A stretch of DNA of 32,000 nt, taken from Wolbachia endosymbiont of Litomosoides sigmodontis. GTDB taxonomy: Bacteria > Pseudomonadota > Alphaproteobacteria > Rickettsiales > Anaplasmataceae. The position numbers and the translations under genes were made by a program. Below the pieces are notes generated by a model that was given only the letters and a program-made list of their open reading frames with translations, was not told where the DNA came from and did no database searches. Positions 1 through 10,583 of this stretch are shown one piece after another; position 1 is the stretch's first letter, and every line of letters begins with the position of its first letter. The stretch covers positions 630,001 to 662,000 of the forward strand of contig NZ_CP046577.1 in the NCBI RefSeq assembly GCF_013365435.1, read 5' to 3'.

Positions 1-330
1 TCTTCTAACATCAGCTTTACATTTGTAATCACAAAACTGCGCTTTGCACGCAAGGAAATATAATTCTATTATATTCTTCTCAAGCTTTGCTGAGAATTCT
101 CTAATCTTATTGCAATTTCTCAATAAAACACCTTCTTCTTTAATATCATCAACATTTTACATTTCCTCAGTTTCCATGTTATAGTCTTTTAAGTCGCCTT
201 TTACTATATAATACTAATCGTGAATCTATTTGAAGATTTATAGAGCATACTATCGATATTAAGATCTTAACCATAATCAGTGAACCACGTTACTTTTCCA
301 TTAACAAGCGTCAATTTCTAGCACATAGCA

Positions 331-1485
331 ATAGTAATATTAATTACCAGTGTTAATTTAATTAAATAAGTGACATCTAAAGAATTGTTAAAGTTACGAA
401 GAGAGAGGTAAGAAATTTTACATAAAACTCTCTCAAGCAAAGTAATCATATTATAGACTTTACTGCGTAAAATATTTTGTTTTATATACAATCAAAATCT
501 CCCAACTGATTGAGATCAGAATGAGTATAGTGGTAGATACACAGCCTAGATATTTTAAAGCACTTTTAAATTTTTTGACTTATGTAAATTAGCACAATCC
601 ATAACAAAAAAGGCTTCTCATGCTTTTAAATATTATGATATTTATTTAAGAAATATATTCATATAATCAGTGTTGAATATTTGCTGCAAATAAGCTAAAA
701 CTGTCTTCATTTCTAGAATTAACTGCACTGTAGAGATAAAAATTTTATCTACTTAACTTCACTTTAACCTGTGTTCTAACGTCCTTTTAAAACTACCAGT
801 ATCCAATTTTCAAATGTGCACCAAACTGCATTCATTAAAAATGAATAACTCTTATTTGGGGTATTGATCAATAGTTTTATTAATTTTTTAAACTCCTCTT
901 ACCCACTTTTTATTCTGTTCATTATGAATAGGACTTAGCGTAATATACGTAAAACTTCATGTTTTGCCCATTAATGAGTATATTGTAGACTCGCTGATAT
1001 TTAAGCCAAATTTTCTTAAATTCTCATTTCTTTTATAGCAATATTAGAATTCTTTTGAATTATACTTCAACTCATTCAAGTTGACTCTGGTTTAATCTAA
1101 TTTTTTACAATATTGAAGAGGAACAAACAATTTTACTTCTCTTTCAAGTTTAGGTGCTTTATCCATGCAGTTAAGCTGTTCTTAAACATATTTTTGCTAC
1201 AGCTGTTATACAGTGTTTTTTTCTTCAATTACAGCATTTAGTTTTTTTGTAGCATATACGCTATTTTATACTTCTTTCAGCATTTCTTTTGCTGATTTCA
1301 TGACTTTTTCATCCAATAATCTCAATTTCAATATCACTTTAATTTCGTTATTTTACCATACTTCAGTATGGTCCCTTTTCTATTATTGTCTATCTGTTCT
1401 TTAATATAGTGGAAACTAGTATCACTCAGCAATAAAACAACTCTACAATATCACTTATTTGACTCGCTAATACTAGAATAAATAT
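331..1485 (-). mobile_element. Decayed IS630/Tc1-mariner-family insertion sequence, copy 1. It is near full length (~1.15 kb) and its transposase is a pseudogene on the minus strand.
   Basis: The minus-strand translation is broken by many stops but keeps transposase-like stretches. These include an N-terminal 'LLDEKVMKSAKEM', an HTH-like 'ISESTIYSLMGK', and a DDE-region remnant 'LCIYHYTHSDLNQLGDF' (compare IS630 'LPPYSPDLNPIE'). The terminal inverted repeats share the core 'caaataagtRacatYg' (about 352-385 and about 1445-1485). The sequence is homologous to the copies at 6640, 9582, 10102, 14031 and 21337. Confidence 0.7.
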
Positions 1486-1541
1486 AAGTTTCTCTATTTT
1501 ACCAAATATAGCAAAAAATTTAAAATCTAACATAAAAATCC

Positions 1542-3029
1542 TTAATTACTTGTTTCGTAGTACTTCTTAACTAATTTATTGAGTAATCTTACACCGAAGC
1601 CCACTGCCCCTTTGGGCGAAATATCAGTACCTTTTTCATGCCAAGCTGTGCCTGCAATATCTAAATGTGCCCAGCAAGTATCATTTACAAAACGCTGTAA
1701 AAACTGCGCAGCCATTATGCTATCTCCACCAAAACCTGAAGGAGCTATGTTTTGCACATCAGCAATCGGTGAATCGATAATTTTATCGTAAGTTTCATTC
1801 ATAGGAAAACGCCATAACTTCTCATTTACCTCGCTCCCTGCTTCAATGAGACGATTTGCTAATTCATCGTTATTGGAAAAAAGACCAGCATATTCGTTAT
1901 TCCCAAGCGCAACTACTATAGCACCAGTTAAAGTTGCAAGATCAATCATAAATTTAGGCGCAAATCTGTCTTGTGTATACCACAAAGCGTCTGCAAGTAT
2001 AAGTCTTCCTTCTGCATCAGTGTTTAACACTTCTATTGTCTGTCCAGACATTGAAGTTACTATATCACTAGGTCTTTGAGCATTACCATCCACTGCATTT
2101 TCTGCAAGTGCAACCACGCCAATTGCATTTACTTTTGCTTCTCGCCCAGCTAGAGTGCGCATCACTCCAACCACAGCAGCAGAGCCTGCCATATCATATT
2201 TCATTGACTCCATACCACGTGAAGGTTTAAGCGATACTCCACCAGTATCAAATGTTATACCTTTACCCACAAAAGCTATCGACTTTTGTTCCTTAGAAGC
2301 CCCATTCCATTTTATCACTACCAATTTCGGCTCTTTATTACTTCCTTGTGCTACTCCAAGCAAAGCTCCCATTTTTTTCTTTTCCATTTGCTTTTTACCA
2401 AGTACTTCAACTTCAAGGTCAAATTTAGCAAGTTCACTTTTTATACGGTCAGCATAGGACTCTGGATACAAAACGTTAGGTGGTTCAGTAATGAAAGTAC
2501 GTGCAAGAAATACACCTTCACCTTCTTGTCTTAAATGCTCAAATAATTTCTCAACATTTTTTAACTGTTCATCCTTTGCTAGTACAATAATCTCCTCTAC
2601 TTCTGTAATTTTTTCATCTTTCTTAGTTTTATACTTATAAAACTTAAAACTACGCAGAAATGCACCGTATGCAATATTTTCTGCACTTCCTTCAATTGAA
2701 ATTGTTGCCTGTTTAATCCTTAATCTACCTAATTCACAATATATTTTACCACCAATACTTAATTCCTTATTTTCATCTAATTCATCTCTCTTACCAAGCC
2801 CAACAACTATAACATTCTTACCATCTGATGAAGTAACGGAAAAAAATTCACCAAAGCTGCCATTGAAGCTACTAAACTTCTTGATGTTATTCATAATCTG
2901 CTTATCCTGCAGAGCCATGCTATTATTTATGGACTCATCATCTTCAAACAAACCTATCACTAGTGTTTTAAAATTAGGTAAAACTTTAGAAATTGTTATT
3001 TTCATTATCCATAGCTCCATACTTAACAA
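1542..3029 (-). CDS. pepA: Leucyl aminopeptidase (M17 family, PepA)
   Basis: A 495-aa ORF carrying the M17 signature 'NTDAEGRLILADALWY' and the motifs 'VGKGITFDTGG' and 'MKYDMAGSAAV'. The ORF opens at a TTG at 3029. In-frame ATGs at 3020 and 3005 (MKITISK...) are alternative starts. Confidence 0.9.
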   Translation of the reverse strand: MLSMELWIMKITISKVLPNFKTLVIGLFEDDESINNSMALQDKQIMNNIKKFSSFNGSFGEFFSVTSSDGKNVIVVGLGKRDELDENKELSIGGKIYCELGRLRIKQATISIEGSAENIAYGAFLRSFKFYKYKTKKDEKITEVEEIIVLAKDEQLKNVEKLFEHLRQEGEGVFLARTFITEPPNVLYPESYADRIKSELAKFDLEVEVLGKKQMEKKKMGALLGVAQGSNKEPKLVVIKWNGASKEQKSIAFVGKGITFDTGGVSLKPSRGMESMKYDMAGSAAVVGVMRTLAGREAKVNAIGVVALAENAVDGNAQRPSDIVTSMSGQTIEVLNTDAEGRLILADALWYTQDRFAPKFMIDLATLTGAIVVALGNNEYAGLFSNNDELANRLIEAGSEVNEKLWRFPMNETYDKIIDSPIADVQNIAPSGFGGDSIMAAQFLQRFVNDTCWAHLDIAGTAWHEKGTDISPKGAVGFGVRLLNKLVKKYYETSN

Positions 3030-3893
3030 GGGTAATATTTACCAGAATAGCCGAAAAATACAAGTTTTATTTTTTACCGGAAAATTTATTATATCTATCT
3101 AGATAATGTTAAACGTGTAGCCTTTAATAGGCTGATTATTATAAGAAAATAGCGCTATCAGAAGGTTACTCACTATAAATCTGCCTGATCTAGCAAAATT
3201 TGGATCAAGTTGATTACCTTTTATATCCCCACTATAATGGCTTACGTCACGTGAATTCGTGTGCCATATCAGAGAAATTAGAGTCAAAACTTTTTAGCCA
3301 CACATCAAAATCATATATTTTCGGAGTTTTAATACAGTTGAGCAAAACAGGTCAGCTACAAACAACGGTAAATTGAGCACAGCTTATAGCAAAAACATTA
3401 AAAAGATGTTTACCACTCCACATCAAAAATAACCATGAGTTCACAAGACTACATAATCTAAAGCATCTTTTGCCTATTCATCAAGCAAGGCTAAATCTAA
3501 GCTTTTTTTATAAACCAAGTGCTTTATTACTTAACTTCTCTTTTTCAAAAGATATTCTCCAGCAAAACCTTATTGCACTCTATTTCTTTCTTTAAATTTA
3601 TTAATACCAATAAGCCACATCTACCTGTGATTGCACTGATACTAAAATATAGCCTTAAGAGAAGAAATGAGCAAAGCTACACTTGAATACAGTAACCTTT
3701 CCTTTTTTTTGAGACATACTTCCACACATACGAAATTAAGAAATGTATAACATGAAAAAGTAAGCAAAAAATCAAGCCTCCTTCAGGACTTTCTTGTAAA
3801 CAATATTCCCAAATTAAGTACTTACACCAGAAAGCACACTAATACTCACATATAGTGTTGTACTTTTTCCCCACACTTTTAAGACAATTAATC

Positions 3894-4022
3894 TTAAGAG
3901 CCCTGACGAGTTTTGCATCTCGGCTTTATTTTATTTATAATGTAAATCTTACCGCCCCTTTTCACAACTTTACAATTTTTATCTCTGTTGCGGTGAGACT
4001 TCAATGACCCTTTGATTTTCAT
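3894..4022 (-). CDS. rpmJ: 50S ribosomal protein L36
   Basis: It is missing from the ORF track because it is under 60 aa. The minus-strand ATG at 4022 gives '[42 protein letters not shown]' with the stop at 3894-3896. This matches the long alphaproteobacterial L36 pattern (MK.K.SLK....R....VVRR.G..YIINK..PR.K.RQG). Confidence 0.85.
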   Translation of the reverse strand: MKIKGSLKSHRNRDKNCKVVKRGGKIYIINKIKPRCKTRQGS

Positions 4023-4089
4023 ATGTATTTCAGCATTAAATTATCTATATTATGGCCATCTATAAAAAGAGAGTCAATTAATAAATTAT

Positions 4090-4908
4090 CTACATCCTAT
4101 TAAAATATTGTATAATTGTTGCTGATACTTCCTCGATCGACTTTTGTGTTACATCAATAATTGGCCAGTTATTTTTTTTAAAGAGTTCCTCTGCTTTTTT
4201 AATTTCCTTTTCTACTTTCTTGGGATCAGCATACATATTATTATCTTCGTTATTAATTGAAGTAAGCCTATTTTTGCGTATTTCTACTAGCATATTTACA
4301 TCTATTGTTAACCCTATTGTCAGTTTATTTTTTAATTTAGATAAGTTAATGTAAAAGGGTACTTCACCGATAAAGGGAATATTTGCAACCTTATAGCCAC
4401 GATAAGCCAAATACATACTGGTGGGAGATTTTGACGTGCGTGAAACTCCAATCAAAATTATATCTGATTTATCAATATCTTGAACATTTTGTCCATCATC
4501 ATGATTAATAGTGTAATTTATGACCTCAATGCGCTGAAAATATTCAGCATTTATCTCAGTATACAAGTCTAGCTTTTCGTCTTTTTCAATTTCAAGATAG
4601 GACGAAATCTCCTTAATAATATGGGACAATATTGCTCTATAGGGAATTTTCAATTTCACACAGTTATCTTTTAGATATTTCCTCAGCTCATCATTAGTAA
4701 TGGTGCATATAACAAAGTTATGCTCATTACTCTTCTTATTGATTTCCCCCAAAATTTTATCAACTTGTTCTCCTTCTTTCACAAAAGACCAAACATATTC
4801 AACCGTTTCTACAGAACGAAAGTGTTTTAGAGCCGATTTTGCAACTGATATAACAGTCTCACCACTCGAGTCCGATACTAAGTGTAAATTGAGCTTTTTA
4901 AGAGTCAT
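4090..4908 (-). CDS. ppsR: Pyruvate,phosphate dikinase / PEP synthase regulatory protein (bifunctional kinase-pyrophosphorylase, DUF299/YdiA family)
   Basis: A 272-aa ORF with the family hallmarks '[11 protein letters not shown]' at the N-terminus and the P-loop-like '[27 protein letters not shown]'. Confidence 0.85.
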   Translation of the reverse strand: MTLKKLNLHLVSDSSGETVISVAKSALKHFRSVETVEYVWSFVKEGEQVDKILGEINKKSNEHNFVICTITNDELRKYLKDNCVKLKIPYRAILSHIIKEISSYLEIEKDEKLDLYTEINAEYFQRIEVINYTINHDDGQNVQDIDKSDIILIGVSRTSKSPTSMYLAYRGYKVANIPFIGEVPFYINLSKLKNKLTIGLTIDVNMLVEIRKNRLTSINNEDNNMYADPKKVEKEIKKAEELFKKNNWPIIDVTQKSIEEVSATIIQYFNRM

Positions 4909-5416
4909 GTTTTAAGTAATATCATGTTAAATAATAGTACAGATTTAAGCAACATGCTACTAAAATTGCACAAACATAAAAACAGAGAATCTGGATTAAT
5001 AATTACTTGATAAACTTCTCCAGCTTCCCTATCGCAGTCCTAAAGTTATTCATTTATCTTTAGTCTGCTATTAAAGCGTTTAAGATAGTAAAGAACACTA
5101 AAAAATAGATAATGAATAAACTAGTCAGCAGAAATTCCTTTACCTTTTTTACTTAATAAATTTCCTAAGTATCTGTAGCTGAAGCAACTTAGGAGCAAAC
5201 AAGAATGATATCCTTCAACATGTAATATTGCAATCCAAACTTGATACTAAGTTAGTAAGCATAAAAGTAGCCAATCTCATATTAAAACATAGCTTTTTAA
5301 TGACATTACGTGAAAGCTAGATCGTACTAATTTTCTGCTTATGTAAACATAGACACTATCTTATTGATAAAGCTCAAACTAATTGATAGATTCTTACATA
5401 ATTATTCTTAAAGTAA

Positions 5417-6127
5417 ATGTCTTCATTAAAGTCTAAAAATTTCTCTTCTTTTGCTAAGAAAGCTCTGCCTTGGCTTGAAGTTATTTGTTTTACATGTTTT
5501 TTAGTCGGAATGTTTTTAGCTTTATTTTTCTCTCCAGAGGATTATAAACAAGGAGAAATTGTACGCATTATGTATCTTCATGTGCCTTCCGCATGGCTTT
5601 CCCTCGGAATATATGAATTAATTGCATCACTCAGTTTCATTTCTCTAGTATGGAGTAACGGCATTGCCAGCGTCTTGGCACATGCTGCTGCTCCTGCAGG
5701 GATGGTCTTTTCTGCAATATGTTTAATCACAGGCAGCATCTGGGGAAAAGGAACTTGGGGTACATGGTGGGTGTGGGATGCAAGGCTTACTTCAATGCTG
5801 ATTTTATTTTTTTTATACGTTGGATACCTTTCATTGTGGAGCGCCTTTGACAATGAAGAAAGAATTAAAAAATCAGCAGCAATATTTGCCATCTTTAGTG
5901 CTATAAATATTCCTATAGTAAAATTCTCTGTGAATCTGTGGGCCACTCTTCACCAACCAGCAAGTATTCTCAGAAAGGGTGGAATAGCAATAGAAGGTTC
6001 TCTATTGTTACCGTTAATTGCAATGTTTACATTTTATATCACATTTTTTTTAGTAGTGTGGGCATTGCATTCACTTTACCTGACTAATTTATATAAGATA
6101 AAGAGAGAGATTAATGTACGTTATTAA
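5417..6127 (+). CDS. ccmC: Heme exporter protein C (cytochrome c maturation system I, CcmC)
   Basis: A 236-aa polytopic membrane protein with the tryptophan-rich WWD motif 'WGKGTWGTWWVWDARLTS' and conserved His-containing segments ('YLHVPSAW', 'TLHQP'). Confidence 0.9.
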   Translation: MSSLKSKNFSSFAKKALPWLEVICFTCFLVGMFLALFFSPEDYKQGEIVRIMYLHVPSAWLSLGIYELIASLSFISLVWSNGIASVLAHAAAPAGMVFSAICLITGSIWGKGTWGTWWVWDARLTSMLILFFLYVGYLSLWSAFDNEERIKKSAAIFAIFSAINIPIVKFSVNLWATLHQPASILRKGGIAIEGSLLLPLIAMFTFYITFFLVVWALHSLYLTNLYKIKREINVRY

Positions 6128-6639
6128 CTCTACTATAAATGTACAATATATAACTACTTTCTCTGTGTCATTGCTTGCTTTATAAAGCTTCATGTAAATA
6201 CTCTTTTTTTTAAAAAAATTTAGAAAAATATTCTATATCAGCTGCAGTATTGGGCTTTAGTAAAATTTATAATAAGTTCAAGATTAACATAGCATTCGAT
6301 CTAAAAACACCACATCACCTTGTTAGACTAGCTGAAGTTACTAAAGATCCTATTCAAGAATTAGCAAGAAGGTTAACCACAAAAAGAATTGGATGTGAAA
6401 TAGAAAAGATTGCACTAGCCAATATTATTAATGAAGAGGATATAGACTGTGAAACACAGTGCTACCTAAAAAAGCGAGAGGACATAAACTGAAATATGAC
6501 ATTACTTACTTAAAAAACTTTACTAAAATAAATTTCCCCCAATCTTCCACAAACAACAAGATCAAGAATTATAAAGGCAATAAATGAGCTATTCACAACT
6601 GATTTAATTAAATTTGATAAACTATTACTTAGCAGATTT

Positions 6640-7280
6640 TTAAAAAATAGAAAACTATTAAAGGAGCATAATTATTTGATTGCAGAACAAGAAAGAGAGG
6701 CAATAAACTTGCATAAAACGCTCTCAAATAAAGCAACTTTATTACAGGCTTTATTATAAAAATATTCCCATTTTATATACAATCAAAGTACATAATAGGA
6801 TTTAGTTGAGGTAAGTATGATGGCAGATATATAATCTCAATTCTTTTAGAAAGAAAAACAACTCTTGCTCCTGATACTTACTAATAATCTCACTAGTTTT
6901 TTACTCTTCCTTCATCTTGTTCATTGCAAATTGGTTTTGCCATAATACATGAAAACTTCATTTTTACATATTATGTTGTACTATAGATTTGCCAATTCTC
7001 ATTTCTTTAATGGTAATATTAGGTTTCCTTGCATCTAGACTTCAATCTAGTTTTTACAACATCGAGATGGAAGTAAATAATTTTACTTCTTCTTCAAATT
7101 TTAGGTGATTTATCCATATAGTCAGTGCTATTCTTGAAATGCAACATATTTTTGCTACAGCTATTATACTGTGCTTTTTTACTGCAATAACAGCATTTAG
7201 TTTTTTTGCAATATATGCGCTATTTCACACTCCCTTCAACATTTCTTTTACTGATTATACGACTTTTTATCCAATAATAA
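6640..7280 (-). mobile_element. Decayed IS630-family relic, copy 2. It has an internal deletion and is truncated at the transposase N-terminal side.
   Basis: It aligns by eye with copy 1. Positions 6690-6850 match copy 1 at about 400-560. A roughly 0.3 kb deletion follows. Positions 6860-7280 match copy 1 at about 850-1320, for example 'acatatttttgctacagctattatactgtgc...cagcatttagttttttt'. No right-hand inverted repeat is retained. Confidence 0.6.
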
Positions 7281-7428
7281 GGCAGGTTTTATAAAAGCCC
7301 TATTGATTCAGGTAAAAAGACAGAAGAACTTGAAGGAATAATTACATGTAAGATTTTAAACGATGAAATTATGGCGCGAATCTGTTTGTGACCAAACACA
7401 AAGAAACCTTCGATACAAATAACATCCT

Positions 7429-9320
7429 TTATGTATCAATAACACTATACCCTTTCACTGAAATTTGTAATCTATTACTATATTTAAATATATCAAGCAG
7501 TAATTCAAAAGACTTATTCTCAGCAACTGTACTTTTTGCATTATTGTATGCAAGGTTGAATAGCTTTTTATCCTTGTATAAATCAGCAAACTTAAATCCC
7601 ATGCACCTTGATTATTTTAGGCCTAGGATATTCTCCATTGCCTCTTAGTATCATATCCTTTTCAGCAATGAAAAACCCATCCTGTGAACTGCACATGATT
7701 TTTAATCTTGAAAATGAGCTTTTACTTGAGTAATCATACAATAATACACAAAAAGAAGGTTTATTTTCTCGTTCTACCTCTTAACTGATGTAATTGCGAC
7801 AGTCTAAATCGTTCTGACATTTTTCTACTATCATAATAATTGCATCTGGTATAGAGATACCAACTTTTATCACAGTAGTTGCAACAAGAAAAGGAAACTC
7901 ATTCCTTTTGAAGAAAACATAACTTGATCTTTCTAATCTTGAGTTAATTTTTCATATATTATCCTAACTTTATCAAAAAATGTCTTTTGTAATTCTTGAA
8001 AGCGCATCTCTACTGCTGCAATATTGAGCCCTTCATTTTCTTCTATATATGAACAAATCCAATACGCTTTTTCGCCTCTATTTATAGCACTTTCTAGTTT
8101 TTCAATAAACATCTGCAAAACAAAAAGTATATCAGCATTTTCTCCCTTACTTATCACGCAGTTTCTCTGCATCACTTCAAATCTTTGTTGCTCATCTATA
8201 ACTGCAAGCCCTAAATTTTTAAATATAACACTAGCTTGAAATAGTGCGTAAGTACCGATTATTATATTCAAAATACCACTTACAAGTTCGTTTGTAATAA
8301 TCCTTCTTTCCTTGAAAGTAATTTTATCAGTAAGTAAAGCAACTTTTATATCGGTACAAGATAATGTCCCCCAGATTCAGTTATAGTACTGCTCTGCCAA
8401 GATAGTAGTTGGTGCCCATCAAAGCTGCTTGCATGTTATTTTCTATCACATTTAGCATCATAAAAAGTGCAATTACAGTCTTGCCATTACCAACATCACC
8501 TTGCAGTAAACTTGCCATATAGCATTTGGATTTTTGTCTCTCTGAGATTTTATCTATTGCACGAATTTGATCACTTGTTAATCGAAACGACAATTCATCT
8601 AAAACTTGCTCTTTATATTTGTTGGATATTGCAAATTCTCGTCCCCTTTTTTTATATAACTTTCTCTTGCAAGTTTAAGCGCTATCTGATATGTAAACAA
8701 TTCATCACGAGCAAGCCTTTCTTCTGCAATCTTCTGCTTCTGCCAATAAGGCTAGTCTATGCAGCTTTATGATGCTTTCTTTCCAACTTAGCCATTTATT
8801 TTTTTTAACTAATGTATCACCTATCCACTCTGGCAAGTCAGGCAACCATTTTAGATTAGAGTCTATTACGTTCTTAATACTCTTGTTAGTAATACTGCGA
8901 CATAATTGGTAAACTGATTTTATACAAGCTATTTCTTTAAATTGATTGGTGTCAAGCAATACGTAATCTGGGTGAGCAATTTGCCAGTGCTTAATAAATT
9001 TTTCGAATTTACTACTGATAACCACATCAGCTACAACTGAAAATAATCTGTATAAATACTTAATTGAGTAATTAAAAAAACTATAAATATACAATTACCT
9101 TCACTTGCAACGACTATTTTACATGTCCTGCTCCCAACCTGAGCATCAAATAGTGACTTGCTTCTATCTACATAACTGAGTGGTCTATAAAATAGCAGGT
9201 CCAACACTTTATTTTCCACCGCAAAGTTTAGGCAGTATTCCTAAATGGAATCTAGATACGCCTTTTAAATTGCCATTTTAAAAAGTCAGCACATCTAGTT
9301 GCTTATTGATATTCATACTG
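7429..9320 (-). pseudogene. recG: ATP-dependent DNA helicase RecG, a pseudogene with multiple frameshifts and premature stops
   Basis: Collinear RecG-like fragments lie in different minus-strand frames.
- N-terminal: 'NLKGVS..LGILPKL' and 'LDLLFYRPLSYVDRS' (9031-9300).
- Wedge region: ORF 8705-9094.
- Helicase motif I: 'LLQGDVGNGKTVIA' (8381-8593).
- Motif II: 'IIIGTYALFQ...LGLAVIDEQQRF' (7933-8271).
- Motif VI: 'SERFRLSQLHQLRGRTRK*', which ends in a stop inside the motif (about 7770-7835).
- C-terminal: 'GFKFADLYKDKKLFNLAYNNAK...LLLDIFKY', with the stop at 7429-7431.
The 5' boundary is approximate. Confidence 0.85.
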
Positions 9321-9581
9321 TGTAAAACTGTTTATTAATCTTCTTAAAGTCCTGCCCCTATATAGTTAAGCTATGCACTATTTTCTATCATAAAATTTAT
9401 ACTAGACATGCTTATTAAATAATTAATAATTTTATATATTATTATATCATTAGCAACCTATATCAAGATATTAATAAGGAAAATCGAGTATTTACGCTAA
9501 AAGCTCAGGTAGAAAAACTTGATTTTAATAAGTTAAAAGCTCCAAAAAGCAATAATTAGTGCATTAATAAAAATGAAGCTA

Positions 9582-10101
9582 ATACTAATTCTTATTTTTA
9601 GTGGTCAAATAAGTAACATTGCAGAGTTGCTTAATTGTGGAGTGAGATAAATTTGCATAAAGCACTCTCAAGCAAAGCAATTGTATTATAAACTTTATTG
9701 TGCAAAATGTTCTGTTTTATATACAACTAAAATCTCTCAATAAGATTGAGCTCAGGTAAATATGGTGGTAGGTATATATAATCTCGATATTTTTAGGTAC
9801 TTTTAAATTTTTGACTTATGCCGATTAGCAAAATCCATGATAAGAAAAGCTTCTCATATTCTTAAATATTATAACATTTATTCAAGAAATATGTTCGTAC
9901 AATTAGTGTTGACATTAGGTACAAATAAGCCAGAACTCTCTTCATTTTTAGGATTAATTGCACTGTAGAGACAAAAATTTTATCTACTTAATTTTACTTT
10001 AACCTATGTTCTAATGCCACTTTTTAATTATTCATGTTTAACTTTCGAATATGTGTAAAACTGCGGTTCATCAAAGAAAATAACTCTTATTCAGGATACT
10101 T
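9582..10101 (-). mobile_element. Decayed IS630-family relic, copy 3a. Only the transposase C-terminal half and its inverted repeat remain.
   Basis: The left inverted repeat is 'atactaattcttatttttagtggtcaaataagtaacattgcagag'. It is followed by sequence collinear with copy 1 at 385-880 ('gcataaagcactctcaagcaaagc...cactgtagagacaaaaattttatctactt'). Homology stops abruptly at 10101, where copy 3b begins. Confidence 0.65.
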
Positions 10102-10583
10102 ATACCAATTCTCACTATACAAATAACAGATGGACAATAATGAAAAAGAAGCCATACTGAAGTAAGTAAAACAATCAAATTTAAATGACATTAAAATCAA
10201 AATTACTAGATGAAAAAGTCATAAAATCAGCAATAGCGCACATTTGAAAAAAATTAAATACTGTCATTATAGCAAAAAGCACAGTATAAATGAAGTTTTC
10301 GTATATCACGCCAAGATCAATTCGCAATGAACAAGATGAAGTAGATAAGAAGACTGAAAAAACCTAATAAGACTATGATAGAGAGGTTTCTAGCTTATTT
10401 GTACCTAATATCAACACTGATTGTACAAACATTTTTCTTAAATAAATGTTGCAATATTTAAGAATACGAGAAGCTTTTCTTAAATAAATTGCTTTATTTA
10501 AGAGCGATTTATGCAAATTTATTACCTCTCTTTCCTACTTTACAATGTCACTTATTTGACATACCAACAATGAGAATTGGTAT
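10102..10583 (+). mobile_element. Internally deleted (MITE-like, ~480 bp) derivative of the same IS630-family element, copy 3b, in the opposite orientation to 3a
   Basis: It keeps both termini: the left 'ataccaattctc...caaataa' and the right 'tacaatgtcacttatttgacataccaacaatgagaattggtat', which are reverse complements of each other. Inside are plus-strand transposase N-terminal remnants ('LLDEKVIKSA', '..YITPRSIRNEQDE') and then the C-terminal-side tail. TA dinucleotides flank the 'ccaatt...aattgg' ends. Confidence 0.65.

Noticed and set aside
1-160. Minus-strand open frame running off the left edge ('...VDDIKEEGVLLRNCNKIREFSAKLEKNIIELYFLACKAQFCDYKCKADVRR')
   Set aside because: Only about 50 codons are visible. 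A stop sits just after a possible upstream Met ('METEEM*'), and there is no recognisable motif. It could be the 5' end of a gene or pseudogene continuing outside the window, but the visible sequence does not support a call.
1213-1404. 63-aa plus-strand ORF 'MFFSSITAFSFFVAYTLFY...'
   Set aside because: It lies inside IS relic copy 1, antisense to the transposase remnant. It is Phe/Ser/Leu-rich, as expected from translating AT-rich antisense sequence.
1579-3102. Five plus-strand ORFs (1579-1791, 1846-2079, 2155-2457, 2286-2534, 2863-3102) overlapping pepA
   Set aside because: They are antisense shadow ORFs inside a well-supported M17 aminopeptidase gene. Their translations are low-complexity, show no recognisable motifs, and have no start-site signals.
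3099-3287. 62-aa minus-strand ORF between pepA and rpmJ
   Set aside because: There is no recognisable family and no RBS. It is embedded in a stop-rich spacer, so it is more likely a chance ORF or a fragment of an eroded gene.
4700-4915. 71-aa plus-strand ORF overlapping the ppsR-like gene, and the 122-aa minus-strand ORF (5578-5946) overlapping ccmC
   Set aside because: Both are antisense to genes with strong family motifs, and neither has features of its own.
6250-6492. 80-aa plus-strand ORF 'MGFSKIYNKFKINIAFDLKTPHHLVRLAEVTKDPIQELARRL...'
   Set aside because: It starts at a TTG with no RBS and I recognise no family. It sits in a decayed spacer immediately before IS relic copy 2. It may be a gene fragment, but there is too little evidence to call a CDS.
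7388-8772. Plus-strand ORFs 7388-7648, 8024-8239 and 8467-8772
   Set aside because: They are antisense to the recG pseudogene fragments. Their translations are low-complexity and show no motifs.
7933-9219. Calling the minus-strand ORFs 7933-8271, 8381-8593, 8705-9094 and 9031-9219 as separate small helicase-related genes
   Set aside because: They are consecutive, collinear pieces of a single RecG sequence in different frames. None contains a complete helicase core, so I annotated them as one pseudogene.
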